From Octopus vulgaris (lineage: Eukaryota), in NCBI GenBank assembly GCA_951406725.2, contig OX597817.1:32860001-32924000 (forward strand): a DNA stretch of 64,000 nucleotides. The letters run 5' to 3'. The notes below the pieces were generated by a model that ran no database searches, was not told the origin of the DNA, and worked only from the letters and a program-made list of their open reading frames with translations. Position numbers and translations under genes: made by a program. Positions 39,338-53,027 of this stretch are shown in pieces. Positions within the stretch are counted from its first letter, which is position 1; every line of letters starts with the position of its first letter.

Positions 39338-39625
39338 TGTCCTTGGGCAAGGCAATCCATTTCACATTGTGTCCTTGAGCAAGGCACTCCATTTCACATT
39401 GTGTCCTTGAGCAAGGCAATCCATTTCACATTGTGTCCTTAAGCAAGGCACTCCATTTCACATTGTGTCCTTATGCAAGGCACTCCATTTCACATTGTAT
39501 CATTGAATAAGGCACTCCATTTCACATTGTGTCCTTGAGCAAGGCACTTCATTTCACATTGTGTCCTTGAGCAAGGTACTCCATTTCATATTGTGTCCTT
39601 GAGCAAGACACTTCATTTCACATTG
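39338..39625 (+). repeat. 32-bp minisatellite, 9 copies, inside a family E SINE
   Basis: Unit TGTCCTTGAGCAAGGCACTCCATTTCACATTG in nine head-to-tail copies, preceded by a degenerate tRNA-like head (GTGGTTAGG...GCTTTGATTCCTGG) from about 39265. Confidence 0.95.
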
Positions 39626-42600
39626 TTCCCATCTACTTGAAATGAGACCCAATCAAATGCTGGTGCACCCATCCGCCCTTCTTGCTGTCATATCCAGGAT
39701 GTTTTACTAGGTCAGAAATAAGTGGATTGAATGGTTTTCTGTGTCTGCTTGTGACTATATGGTCACCTAAAACTATTAGCAAAAGTATAGAATGTGCTGC
39801 TAAACAAGTCGTGCTTGCTCATGAGTGATGGCAGTGGTTGATATTTAATCTCATTTGTTTCAAATTGTTAATATTTTTAACTTGCTTTTCAAATTCTTTA
39901 CTTTGGAAAATGATATTTACTGCCTTGAAATGAGAATCTATAATTTGGCAGTCTATGACACTTGATAATGTTCCTGTTTTAGAATGTTTTTCTTTCCTTC
40001 TTTTTCCTTTTTCTCAATATTCTTCCTTCACTTCACTGCTCTGGATTGAGGATTGCATTGGAATTTGTAATATGCCCCACTACAATTACTTTGTGTGGTT
40101 CTATTTAGTCAGCTAAGGTACTCTCTAATCAGGTAACCAAACTAGGCTACCTTCCTTTGCACTTGTGTTTTGGTGAATTTTGGTATTATTGTTCCAAGGT
40201 TTGGCATTAGCACTGTCTACAATACCTCCTTCCATAACTTCAGTCAACTTACACCATTACCAGATTGTTACTCAAGCAATAACTGTGACTGTTGTAACAG
40301 TATCAGCTTCAAAATAAAACTGCTTCGTTTGTATTTTCATTTTCTCTGGTTTCACCTCTTCCTGAAAATTTTGGGTGGATATTGGATAAGTTACGATTAA
40401 ATTTAGTTCTGAGATATTCCCTTGGCATATCATATTGTTCCAAATGTTAAGAAATGAATAGAGAAAGCCACGAGGGTTGGAACTGAAAATGATATTCTGA
40501 CACCCCTTATTTTAATTCAGTGCATGTATTATGCTTCTTAGTAAGACATTTAACTCTGCTTGACAGGAGCCTAAGCAAGAGTCTTTACATGAGACATGGA
40601 TTGTCTATGGCTTTTGGAGCCACACACCAGTCAGGCATATATAATGTTATGATTATAGAATCAGTGTTATTTACTAATATTTTATAGTTTAATCTCTAAG
40701 TTGGACTCTGTAAGTTTGAACAATTTTATTTTTTTTCTCTCTCTCATTTCCTAAAGCTTTTTCTTTCTTGTCTACTTTCTTTTGATCATAATTTTGAGTA
40801 TCTTGTGTACTCTACTATGTATGATATTTTATTAAATTATTCTATTTGTGATATGCTTCAGTATCTGAAGAGTAATATCTCAAAAGATCCACTATCAGAA
40901 AAAAAAAAAAAAGTTTCTCGTATCTGTTTTATGCAGTTGCTTGAAAAGCTAGAAATAGCAGCTATATCATCTTAGAAAAAGACATACTGAATAATGTGCT
41001 CATGGTAGCATTGCACCTTGGAAAAAAGTCATGGTGGATGGTCTCAGCTAGTATGTCTTTGATCATAGGTCTTTTCAATAATGATTGACTTGTGGTTAAA
41101 TAGCAACTACTACACTAGTCTAATACCTCATAATCTCTAATTTTTAATAGTTTCATAAAATAACAAAAACTTTGGGATAAGATCAGATTTTTGTAAAAAG
41201 GATGTATTGGTTCTCTTATTAGAACCAAATACACTTACTTATAAAAAATAACCTACCTAGCATGTCCCTTAAAATTTCATGCTGGTATTCTTTCTCTTGA
41301 ATTATAAAAATTTCCAATTATATGTTTCTCGTGGATACAAACTTTGCATATTCTATGTTTATATCATTAAAACAATGTTGGCTTGTGAAATACTCTGTTT
41401 TTCTAGAATTCCTTCTAGTCATAATTTAAACTTTGGAAGTATTGTTTGAAATAATAGTTGTTGCTGACCATGAAAGCATGTGATTCCATCTCCTTTGAGA
41501 GTAGAATGCGGACGGAAAAGATAGTTTCCTCAAAGCTGACAGTATCCTATAACTAACTGCCTACACTTCAAACTGGGGCATTTTTAATTGAATTTCCATC
41601 TTGAAGCCTGTTCCTGCAAACATATTTTGTTTGCTTATATATATATAAAAGCTGTAAGATTAATTCGTACAGGATGTAACCATACATTTGACCCTACCAT
41701 CGAAATTTTATACTGCATAGCTTAACTATTTGATTCTCTGAGCAATTATTAACTATTGAATAGATGTGTGTAACATTTGTCACATGTCACTGTATTAGAA
41801 CTAATTAAATTATGAATTGATTATTAATTTTTCAAGATTATCGATTCTTATTAGTTTCAACTTAAGATTAGAAATAATGATTTAATTTAAATTCCTGTGT
41901 ATTTGACAGACAAGTGTGAAGTGTGTTAGGGAGGGAGAGAAATATTGTTAATTTATTTACCACAATGTCTTAAAACAAAGAAGAAAAAAAAGGAGTTTTG
42001 ATATCTGTTATTTTATCAAAGACATCTGCATGATATGCGATGTGAATTAACTCTTAAAGCCAGATTAGCTAGAAACTAGGGCTCAAGAAATTTATGGAGA
42101 TGAATTCCATGTGGAATATAATTGAAGTTGTTGCTAGAATATTATACTTAAATATTTTGGACATCTTTTTTAGCAAGTTGTATTATCTTAAGAAATTATC
42201 TCTAGTCAAGCTGTGAGGTTACACACGTCTTGCTGTTAGGTTACAAATTTAATCCCTGCTTAGCTTTTCTGGCAGACTGAACTTTATCAGGGGTATATGA
42301 TTTCAATCATGAGAAAATTCAAGTTCCAAATGACAGCAGAAGCTGAATGGTTAAGTGAGGATGTGAATCCAGTCATAAATCTTTGGTACCAATTTCACAA
42401 TGTAATGTAGTAAAGGAAAAGTATTAAAAAAACCTCAGCTTGATAGCCCCCTCCCTCTAATCAGTGCATAAAAAAATCCCATTTTATGATAAAGTTAATA
42501 TTTTGTGTTAGCATTAGGAAAGCTTATTCATCTGTAAATATAAAAAATATCAGAAATTCCAATACAAAAGAATCCTATTCCTTTTTATTTTTTAACCCTT

Positions 42601-43480
42601 ACTAAAATCTCAAACTGAAAATCCAGTTTGTACTGCTGATGTACAAATGAAACAAAACAGGAAAAAATTTGAAGAAAACAACAATAAATTTTTATTTTTT
42701 TTATTTTAGTAATTATTTTGTTTTAGTTATTAATCTATATTCTTTCTGAAGCTAAATCAATAAATACAAATCCAGGAACATTTTTGTTCTTTAATGTTCA
42801 AAACATTCTCTTTTAAAATTGAACATAAATATTAGATCTTAAATCAAGTCAAAACAAAACAACAGAGTACAAAAAGTAACAAAAAGAATTGCATAAAGAA
42901 AATGATTTGGTAAAGAATTTTTTTAAGTAAATTAAGAATCTCTTTGTTTGCTTATCATTTAAAATAACTTTTTCATTACAGATGTTGCTTTTTATTTGTA
43001 ACTTTTAATCCCTTTATTTGCTACAAAACCAGATTTCATTATGATTGAAATATTTCCAGTAATAGTTTTTCATTGATTTTGTTATCATATCTTTGTGTTT
43101 TTTTTGTTTGTCTTTTATTACTCTTTTACTGTTTCAGTCATAAGACTGCAGCCATGCTGGGCACTGCTTTCATTTTAGCCAGTTACATCAACCCCAGTAC
43201 TTTGTCTGGTACTTATGTGCTCATTCTTATAAGATGTGAAAGACAGTATGGACATTGATGTAAAGGGGCTGTAGTTCTATTGCTTGGCGTTTCTGTTTGA
43301 ATATAATGGTTCTCACTTCTTGCTGATATAAGTGTGTGTATGTGTATGTTTGTGTGTGCGTGTGCATGCACGTGCGCATAATATATATATATATATATAT
43401 AATTATTATTTGAGGGAATATAAATCCAAACTTACAGGGAAAAAAATCCAATTTAGAAATACTAAATGAAATTTCACACA

Positions 43481-43551
<71 letters not shown>

Positions 43552-43939
43552 AAAAACCCCACCTTTTATCAATTCAAAATGAACAATTAAATTACACCAT
43601 CTAGAAAATTACATAGAAATATTAAAATAACAATAAAATATACACACATACACACAAAAGCAGGATGGAACACAGAGAGGAGATATGGACTCCATGATCA
43701 ATAAGGTTACACTACTCATCTGGGAGGCCAATAATTCTGAACAAAATCTGATAGAGAGTAGCAGGGACTATTTACTCCTCACAGGCCATCTTTAGTGTTG
43801 GTGACATAACAAAATGTGCCTACTCTATATTGATAAGGAGGGTGTCCAACCATAAGAGAATTCCTTGGAACTTCTGTTGCTGTGTGGATTAAATGATAAT
43901 GAACTGCAACAAAAGGAGAGACATTTTGAGACCCATCCA

Positions 43940-44145
43940 TTACCATAATTGCTTCTGTTCCTTGGGGCTGGCTTGTTTCATACTCTCCAACGTCATCCCT
44001 CTGGAATCTCCTCCCTGCTTATGTCTTTCCTGCATGTGTTAACTTAAAACAGTTAACAGAATGTTTATAGTATTAATCTCATCAGTCCTGGATGGTCTGC
44101 AAGGGTCATGGGTTCCTCCTTCTTCTGCCAGGCTCAGCAAGTAAA
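43940..44145 (+). mobile_element. CR1/L2-group LINE 3' end remnant
   Basis: Translates as ..PLWNLLPAYVFPACVNLKQ.. (LWN.LP..VFP motif), followed by a short 3' region and an A-rich tail. Confidence 0.65.
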
Positions 44146-45085
44146 GAAAAAGAGAAAAAAAGAAAGAAAAAGTATGTTTTTTTAAAATATATGATGGACA
44201 TTCATACAGTTTCCATCTACAAAATTTACAAGGCTTTGGTTGGCCTTGTGCTGCACTGGGAAATTGAACTTCAAATCACATGGTACTAAAGTGGACTTTC
44301 CCTCTATGTAACCATTGCTGCTCCCATTGTCTGACACAATTTAATTTTTTTTTTATTGTTTAACTTTTTTCCTTCATGTTTTTATAAATTCTCAGTCATC
44401 ACCATCCACAGAAAAAACAAAACAAAATAAAACAAAAAAAACACCCCAACAAAACAAAACAAAAAAGATGATTACATCAAGAACTTACTACTAACTTTTA
44501 ATACAGATGCCTCTTTTTTTTTTTTTTTTTTTTTGCAGCAAAAGAAATTGATATATTTTGTCTAGCTTAACTAAATTATGAAATAAAATCCATTAGCTGT
44601 TTCTCAATATACAATGGCGGAACTTAGACAAGTTTCTGAAGCAGTTTTGTTGTGTAACATAATTTAGTTTTGTTTTCTTTGTATTATTTCAACTTAATAC
44701 AATTCATTTGTGGTGCTACTATAAACATCAATTTGTTTGGCTCTTGCTGTTCGTGTCCTTAAAAGAATCATGACATGTTGGGCAAATAAAAGTGGATTTG
44801 AATTTTGTCTTCTCTTTGATGTAACATTACTCTCGTTTCTTTATGTGCATGGTGTGTGTATATGCACACACATGCACACATTATTTTGATTTATTGATAA
44901 AGTATGTTACAGAGAGGTTAGATATAATTATTATTATTGGAATATATTGTTTTGTAAATACATATAGTTTAAACGAGGTTGGAACGCATATTATATAGCA
45001 GATATGAAATGCGTGTGCGCCTGTGTGTATGTTTGTGCGTGTATATGTACGTATGTGTATGTATTTATGTATATGTATGTGTGTA

Positions 45086-45133
<48 letters not shown>

Positions 45134-45771
45134 ATATGTCTATACATATATTTATACACACATACATAGAAAGTGTGAGAGGGAGAGGGAGAGAGACGAC
45201 TGTATATATATATATATATATATATTTGTTCATACAAAAATATTCCTACACAAACACAGATATATGAATGATTGTGTGAGTGTGTATACACATTTCTATT
45301 GGGTTATTTGTAAATGTAGTTGCCTTCCACATAACTACATTTGCTGTGAAAAAAACATACAAACAAACACACAAACAGAACAAAAACAAAAACCAAATAT
45401 CTATTGATAACTTTGGAATAATTTCTGCATCTTTTATTAGAAACATTTCCTGGCTCTATGATCTATTCTCTGTATTAGCTTTCATTTCATTTAGTCTTCC
45501 TAATTAATTCTTTCACTTCAACAGGTATATAATCCAGGAATGTTAATTAATGCCTGATGAGCAATACAATTGTGGCACATGAGGAAAATTGCACTGAACT
45601 ACCATTGAAGCTCAAACAATTCTTGTTATTATTAACGTTAGAGAAGACTGAATTTGTATCTAATGGGTTATATATCCACCAGGCAACAACAGTTCAGTGT
45701 TTTCATTGCAGTGTAGGAAACATAAACTCCGTGCTATTTCCAGAAGACTTCAGTCTTTTCGTTTTTTCTCA

Positions 45772-45806
<35 letters not shown>

Positions 45807-45894
45807 ACGGGTGGGTACATGTATGTTTGTATGTGTGTATGTTTGTGTATTTGTGTATATATATATATATGTGTATGTGTGTGTGTGTGTGTAT

Positions 45895-46276
45895 ACTCTT
45901 TTACTCTTTTACTTGTTTCAGTCATTTGACTGCGGCCATGCTGGAGCACCGCCTTTAGTCGAGCAAATCGACCCTGGGACTTATTCTTTGTAAGCCCAGT
46001 ACTTATTCTATCGGTCTCTTTTGCCGAACCGCTAAGTGACGGAGACGTAAACACACCAGCATCGGTTGTCAAGCAATGCTAGGGGGACAAACACAAACAC
46101 ACACACATACATATATATACATATATACGACAGGCTTCTTTCAGTTTCCGTCTACCAAATCCACTCACAAGGCATTGGTCGGCCCAGACACTTGCCCAAG
46201 ATGCCACGCAGTGGGACTGAACCCGGAACCATGTGGTTGGTTAGCAAGCTACTTACCACACAACCACTCCTGCGCC

Positions 46277-46277
<1 letters not shown>
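45895..46277 (-). mobile_element. SINE family A, young copy with a small internal deletion
   Basis: Near-consensus sequence; lacks GGGGCTATAGTAGA between GGCCC and AGACACTTG. Confidence 0.93.
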
Positions 46278-46327
<50 letters not shown>

Positions 46328-46821
46328 GTGTGTGTGTATGTTTGTGCATGCATGTGTGATTTCTTACTTATAATATGATGATGATAATGATGAAGGATCC
46401 ACCAGCTATTTTGAGGATGAGCATTCAGTTGCTCAGTCATCTGAGCTCTCTGCTTGTCAAATTGACATGTAAGTGGCTGAGTGTTTCACAGACATGTGTA
46501 TACTTAGTGTAATTCTCAGACTGAATCAATGTGAATTGCAGATACAGTCCATTATGGTGAGCTTCCACATGGTTTCCATCTACCCAATTCCACCTTCAAG
46601 GTTTGGGTTGATCAGTGGTCTCAGATTTGATTCCAGTGCATGGTACAAAAATATTATATTTGATGTGTTTGATATATTTAGTAGTCTCTTACTTATTTCG
46701 GCCTCTAGATAGAGTTTTGAAAATGTCAATTCACTTTTGGCATTTAGTTGTCTTTTTTATTATGCTTAGACAAGTAAAGAACAAAAACAACTCTAGTACA
46801 ATATGGGCTTGAGATAATTTG

Positions 46822-47371
46822 TTAGGTTTAGGCCTCTTGGTTCTAGATTTTGCTTCCAAGTTTGAAATTTCCTCTTTAAGTCTTCAACCAATTTGGCCAT
46901 AAGAACTAGGCCATTGCATAAGATATTCCAATTGGCAGCCAGTCTTGAACTCTGTTTTGGCTTGGAAGACTCTGATAAACAAAAGACAGCTGAGAAGTGA
47001 ATCATGATGTGCACCAATCCTTAGATTTCTTAGTGAATATCAGATTATAATGTATAGAACACAGTCAAAATCCTTTTCTAGGTTTATAAAAGCTAAGTAG
47101 AGAGGTTTACGCAATCCATCAGTTTGATACCCTGGTAGTTGCTCTCTTTAGAGTATCTCCTTTAACCTTGTAACAGTTGAAGACGATATTGTATGCTGGA
47201 GAAGCCGTCATAGTGTTGCCCAGCATATCCATTTAAGTTATTGGTGTTACCCACCCTGAAAAATTTCTAGCTTTGTTGCCCCTCCATCGCACTTCTTGTA
47301 CACAACCCTACCGTCTCCCTTGATCTACCCATCATTATACTGATATTGATTGTGGAAGTCCTAAAGTCTGA
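46822..47371 (-). mobile_element. RTE-clade LINE remnant with multiple internal deletions (endonuclease and RT motifs)
   Basis: Colinear islands: FRTSTINISIMMGRSRETV / CVQEVRWRGNKAR / KFFRVGNTN / LNGYAGQHYDGF / NCYKVKGDTLKR.NYQGIKLMD / KPLYLAFINLEKDFDCV...SLRNLRI / GAHHDSLLSCLLFI...EFKTGC..LVLMAKLVEDLKRKFQTWKQNLEPRGL. Confidence 0.85.
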
Positions 47372-47382
47372 TACATACATAG

Positions 47383-47421
<39 letters not shown>

Positions 47422-47645
47422 CACATGCAAAAGTTGACAGTAACTTCATAGTTTTGCTTTTGAAAAGTTTAATCAAATAGTCTGAAGAAGTCAGACAATA
47501 GTGAAATTTTGAAATCACTTTCACCCTTTTTCTTACAAAAATAAATTTTACATTCTACTTAAATGTAACGAGTGCTCTTCCAATTAATGTTTTATTGCTT
47601 TTACGTATAACTATATATACATGCATGTACATATATACATGCATG

Positions 47646-47693
<48 letters not shown>

Positions 47694-49059
47694 CCTTATT
47701 GTTTATTTTAAAATAATCTTGAAGTTTATCTGGCTTACTCTCCATCTAGTTATTTCATCCTCATCATCTCTACTTCCTTCTTGCTAACTCTCTATTTCCT
47801 AACCACTTGACCAGACTATTTCCCTTTGCCAAATTGGCAACTGTTATGTCTCCCACTAATTAATTTACTGAAAAAATAGTAGCAGCAGATTTTATATATT
47901 GATAGGCATTGATCATCTTAACAAGCATAAAATTTAAATCTCTGTAAATCGCTGCTAACTCTAACTTCATCGCCAACTTTTAAACTTACTCTTTTTCAAT
48001 TTAATATTTCATAAACAATATTTGTTTCTAATTATATCAGCAAACTAAAAGTGGATTGATCTCAATTCTGATATGATTAATTATACATAGGAAATAAATA
48101 TAAATTTAGGTTAGCTAAGTGGCCTTTGCTGTTTTGTATTTAATATAGCTGGGTTCTCAGCCTGGGCAAAATGGAATGCCTTTTGACTATGCATGCATGA
48201 ACTTATAAGGTTATAAATGAGATTGAAATTAAGAGCTTCCAGTAGCTTCATGGTAAATTTGGTGAATTATGCCTTTACCTGAAATGAGTTTTCCCTTCTC
48301 AATTAGCTCTTTCTTCTTTCTTTTATACATTGTTATTTAGCATATCTATTTTTAAAAACAATATTTACCTGATGAGTATATACATGAGAGGGTAAGTAAA
48401 TTAGAGTGCTTTACCCAAGCAACAGCATAATATCTGAGATTAGGAATTAGGCATTCAATTTAAAAAGTAATTACCTGGAGTATGAAGATGCATGTGCACA
48501 TCTACAGATGCATGTGTTCACACATACATACAACTGGAGCAATATTGCAAAGTAGGGATTTGTTGTAACGAATCAATCAGCAACTTAATGTCAGCTCATG
48601 CTAACTGGTCATTATGTTTCAGTTTATAGAATGGGCTTATCACTTCTTTTATTCTCCTTTTACTGGTTTAAGTCACTGGTTCATGGCCATGCTGGAGTAC
48701 ACTATTCCAGAATTTTAATTTATTATATTGACCCCAGGACTTTGGTGTTCATTTTTCTTATTATATATATATAATGTGAAGTGAACATTGGTGTAAGGAA
48801 AGATAATTTGGAAAGTATTTCTGTTTGAATGTATCAATTTTTTGTTCATCACATGTTGATATAAACATGCACGTATGCATGCATGCATACACTGAATTTC
48901 TGAATAGTTTTCAATTTCCAAATTTCACTTAGAAGGTATTGATTTATTTGAAAATATGCAAGAAATCAGTTGCCCCCTGTGCTGTGCTGTGGGATTGAAC
49001 CCCGAACCATGTGACTGTAAAGTGGACTTAACCGCACACCCATTTTCCTGTGTAAATTA

Positions 49060-49525
49060 TATAACATTTGTGCATGAAGTGTGGTGTTGCATGGTAGTGA
49101 AAAATGGGGGTTGAATGCATCTGGTGTGTGGTGGTTGGAAAGCATTGAGGCAAGTATACTCTACTGAATGTGTAATGTTTGTATTGAGGCAGAGATTGAG
49201 CACAAGTAAGCTGAGAGAAAAGCTGAGTATTGGCGGAATCTAATGAATTGTGTAGGAAAGAAGACTTTGCTGGTGTGATCATGTGATGTGAATGGAAGAT
49301 GACAGCTTCAGTAAAGAAGTACAATTAGAAGAAAGCTGCTGAATAAGAACACGAGGGAAAATGTAGTTAGGTGTGGTAAAAGCTGGCTTCAGGAGGCTGA
49401 ACCTCACAAAAGATATGATACTGAACAACAAGTGGCAAAATGCTGTGCTGGAAAAGATCCATCTTACCCACATAAGCCTGAAAAAACAAAATGGATATGG
49501 TAATGAGGATGGTAATGGGGATGAT
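49060..49525 (+). mobile_element. RTE-clade LINE, degenerate 3' end
   Basis: STSKLREKLSIGGI...ERRLCWCDHVM*MEDDS...LNLTKDM...KWQNAVLEK resembles the RTE C-terminus (LREKL.I..I...RRLRW.GHVMRM.EDS); a decayed (GAT)n tail follows. Confidence 0.75.
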
Positions 49526-51287
49526 GGTCTACACTCGTGCACACACACAAACATACACGTACACAGTATGTTGTTTGGTACCTTTTAGTTGACGCTGGAT
49601 ATAGATCAATACATCTGTGTTAATTCTACAAAGAGCTAGTAAATTAGTTAGCCAATACAATGAATTTATTGCTCCCATGAGAGCAATGATATTGTGTTGC
49701 TTGTGAGCCTTTCAGAACTAATGTTTGAATAGGATTCTTGCTGGACAAAACATGCCAATTAGAGTCACATACAGAATACTATAACATGCAATCTGGACAG
49801 AATAATTTGTAAATTGGTTGTTTATACTCTAGATAAGTTTCATGCTTCATACTATCAGCAATACCTGTAGCTTCTTCATAGGGTTGTAATTGGCACAACT
49901 GCAGATGAGGTAATAGAAGCAGAGATTTAAAATCGTTTCATTGAGCTAAATGGCAGAAATGCTGATTTAGAGAGAAAACAAGTTCTAAAGAGATTAAGGA
50001 TAGCTGTCAGCATGCCAGCTAGTTTTGTCATCAGCCTCTTATATCAAACAATAACAGAGAATGAATTGTGCAAACAATTTATTTTGGGAATCAGCTGGCT
50101 CTAAGTGCAGCTGTTTCATTGCTTAGTTCCAAGACTATTTTGGTCCATGAAGTGTAAACTGAAACTGACCATTAAATGCTGAAATAAATTTTAAAGGAGA
50201 GAGGAGAGTGGGGAAAAAAAAAACGAGAAAAAAAATACTATTAAAAACATTGTATTAACGCTGTAACTGTCAATATAATGGACTGTTTAAAGTTTTCATT
50301 GTATTGTTTAGTAAATAATGTTTGCTCTCTTTTTATAAAATTTGATTTTGTACCTCTTGATGCACACACAATGCAGAAATATTTATAACAAATATTACTA
50401 TTAGCTAAAATTTTTTTAGTATGTTGATACTCAGATCTCCTAATAATTGTGATATGCTATTCAATACTTCTGAACTTGATTACAAAAACATTTCTCAAGG
50501 ACTGGCTCTGGCTCTTTCTCTCTCTGTCTCACACACATACACAGTCTAAGAATGCTGTTTTCTATAAACCGTCCTAATCAAACAGAGATTCTTTTTTCAT
50601 GCTTGTGAATATAGAGGTAGGCTCCAGTTTTATGATCCCCTGTAGTTTGTGAAGACCTTGTTTGTGTGTCTGTGTAATATATATATATAATTTAGGTTAT
50701 AAATATGGTAGGTGTTAGAAACTTAGTAGTATATAATAAGTATTAAAAATACTTCTGTTGTTATTATTTCCACTCTGATTGTTTGCACATCTGCTTTACT
50801 GGTTAAGGATTTTAATATACACATTTTTCAATATATAATTTAATTCTTCAGTTTTATATTTTATATTTTAATATATATTTAGTGTAAAGTAATTAAATAA
50901 TAAATTCACCTAATAGATTTCTATATATGCTGTGCTTGATGACTGTTGTACACTAGATGCAACTTAATGGCAAGGTGGAGTAAATTGCTAAGTTCTTATT
51001 TGATTATGGGCACCAGTGTAGTTGTATGCTGTCTCTTGTTAGTTCATAGGAAAATTGAACTGAATGCTATAGGCTAAAGAAATAAATATTAATTATACAG
51101 TTCTCTTGATGCTTATAACAGTGAGTTATTTCAATTAATGGTAACTATTTACAGCCTACTGGACCAAATAAATAAGAGTTAATTGTTTTGACTAAGTGCA
51201 CAGTTCATCATTGCTAATTAAATACAAAATTGATAATTCTATTGCCAGTGTGTGTATGTGTGTGTGTGTGTGTGTGTATGTGCACAC

Positions 51288-51660
51288 ATGTGGTTGTGTG
51301 GTAAGAAGTTTGCTTCTCAACCACATGGTTCCAGGTTCAGTTCCACTGTGTGGCATCTTGGGCAAGTATCTTCTTCTGCAGTGTCGGGCAGACCAAAGCC
51401 CCGTGAGTGGATCTGGTTGATGGAGACTGAAAAAAGCCTCTTGTGTGTGTGTTTGTCCCTCCCCCCCAACATTGCTTGACAGCTAGTTTGGTGTGATTAC
51501 ATCCCCATAACTTAGCAGTTTGGCAAACGAGACCAATTGGATAACTACCAGGCTTTAAAAAATGGAAGTAGTGGTGTTGACTTGTTCATCTGAAATTCTT
51601 CAAGCCAGTACCTCAGCATGGCTGCAGTCTAATGACTGGAACAAGTAAAAGATAAGAGAT
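51288..51660 (+). mobile_element. SINE family A
   Basis: ATGTGGTTGTGTGGTAAGAAGTTTGC...CAAGTAAAAGATAAGAGA. Confidence 0.88.
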
Positions 51661-51727
<67 letters not shown>

Positions 51728-52604
51728 TATATATATATATATATATATTTCGGCTGATTATATATATATATATATAAAACCCATGCTTCCGTCCAACCCA
51801 TGCTAGCATGGAAAACGGACATTAAATGATGATATATCTTTTTATACTGGCATGGCTTAGATGGCCTTTACTATTAAAGTAAGTTCTTATTTTGTATTTC
51901 TGCCTCCCTGGATGGGTCTGGGATCACATCTGTCATGTTTCATTTAATGGCATGGCATGGCTTCTACTGCCAACCACACATGTGTCTGCTAGCTCTCTCT
52001 CTCTCTCTCTCTCTCAGATATATTTATTGAAATAATTATATAAAACTTTTTATTGAAAACTTTAAGAATTAGGACCAATATATTGACATTACAGGTGAAC
52101 ATTTATATAGTAAGATTTAGCCATGCTTTTACTTCTCAAAATATAACCACAACAAATCAATGCTATAAATAGTATTTGCCCTTTCTGTGTGGTGGAGCAG
52201 TTCTGAGATGTTCTGTTTTCTCTTGTTTTCATAGCAGATTTCATACTTTTGCAACATTTTCTCAGGAAATTAACAATTATATCATAGAAAACACTAGTAA
52301 CACTTGCATTCAGGTGCAACTTCACTAAACAAAATCAAAATGTCAGTTACCATATCTCCAATAGCATTTTTGTTTCTTTACAGAAAATAAAAAACAAAAA
52401 ATTAAGTGAGCATAAAATAATGTTTTATAGCTGTAATTAAACTGAAGAATATTGTTTTGTTTTTTGCTGGAGTATATATATTTAGGGTTTGTGATCCTAA
52501 AACAGTGTCTTTAGCTACATAATGAATGACCAATTTCTGAAAGTAGTTATTGTTTCTAGACAATGGTCAGCCTTGAGAAAGGCGGTCAGCTAAGGAGTAT
52601 CATT

Positions 52605-52888
52605 GTTTATGAAGCGCCGGAGATGTCGCAGTCTCAGCGCGTGTCTGCACATCATCAACCACAGCATGCCTAGCCCCCCATTTAGTGGGTGTTGACAGCA
52701 AATGGATTACCTAACCATTGGAACGCTTCCCTACCACAAGAAGCGGAAGAGTATGCGTTCCAGTTTGGTGATGGTAGGGTCGGGACAAGGCATGACGGTC
52801 AGACAGTACTTGATGATAGGTGCGATGTATGCATTCGCCACCTCTGCCCAACCTTTTAGGGATAGCTTCATCAGCCTCAATAGTAGAT
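52605..52888 (-). mobile_element. Tx1/L1-group LINE ORF2 internal fragment (downstream of the RT core)
   Basis: LSLKGWAEVANAYIAPIIKYCLTVMPCPDPTITKLERILFRFLW*GSVPMVR*SICCQHPLNGGLGMLWLMMCRHALRLRHLRRF matches the LSL.GR....N......FLW.G....V.R......P...GGLG signature. Confidence 0.85.
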
Positions 52889-53027
52889 GAGTACTTAATT
52901 TTATACCCCACTCTAAAAGACAATGTTGACCTTGGCAGGATTTGAATTCAGAGTGTAAAGAGCTAGAATAAATACTGCAAGGCACGTTTTCTGATGCTGT
53001 AATGATACTACTTAGCTGACCGCCTTT
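52889..53027 (-). mobile_element. SINE family B-like 5' half, old copy
   Basis: Minus strand AAGGCGGTCAGCTAAG...CTGAATTCAAATCCTGCCAAGGTCAAC...TAAAATTAAGTAC. Confidence 0.78.

Noticed and set aside
39338-39625. 32-bp repeats of CRISPR-like length
   Set aside because: Head-to-tail units with no unique spacers, no cas genes and a eukaryotic SINE context.
45734-46378. Recurrent similar peptides (MTTDAGVFTSPSLSGSAKETDR, DGLLSVSVYQIHSQGF, PKVPCSGTEPGTMWL) suggesting a gene family
   Set aside because: All map onto family A SINE copies in both orientations, with random frameshifts.
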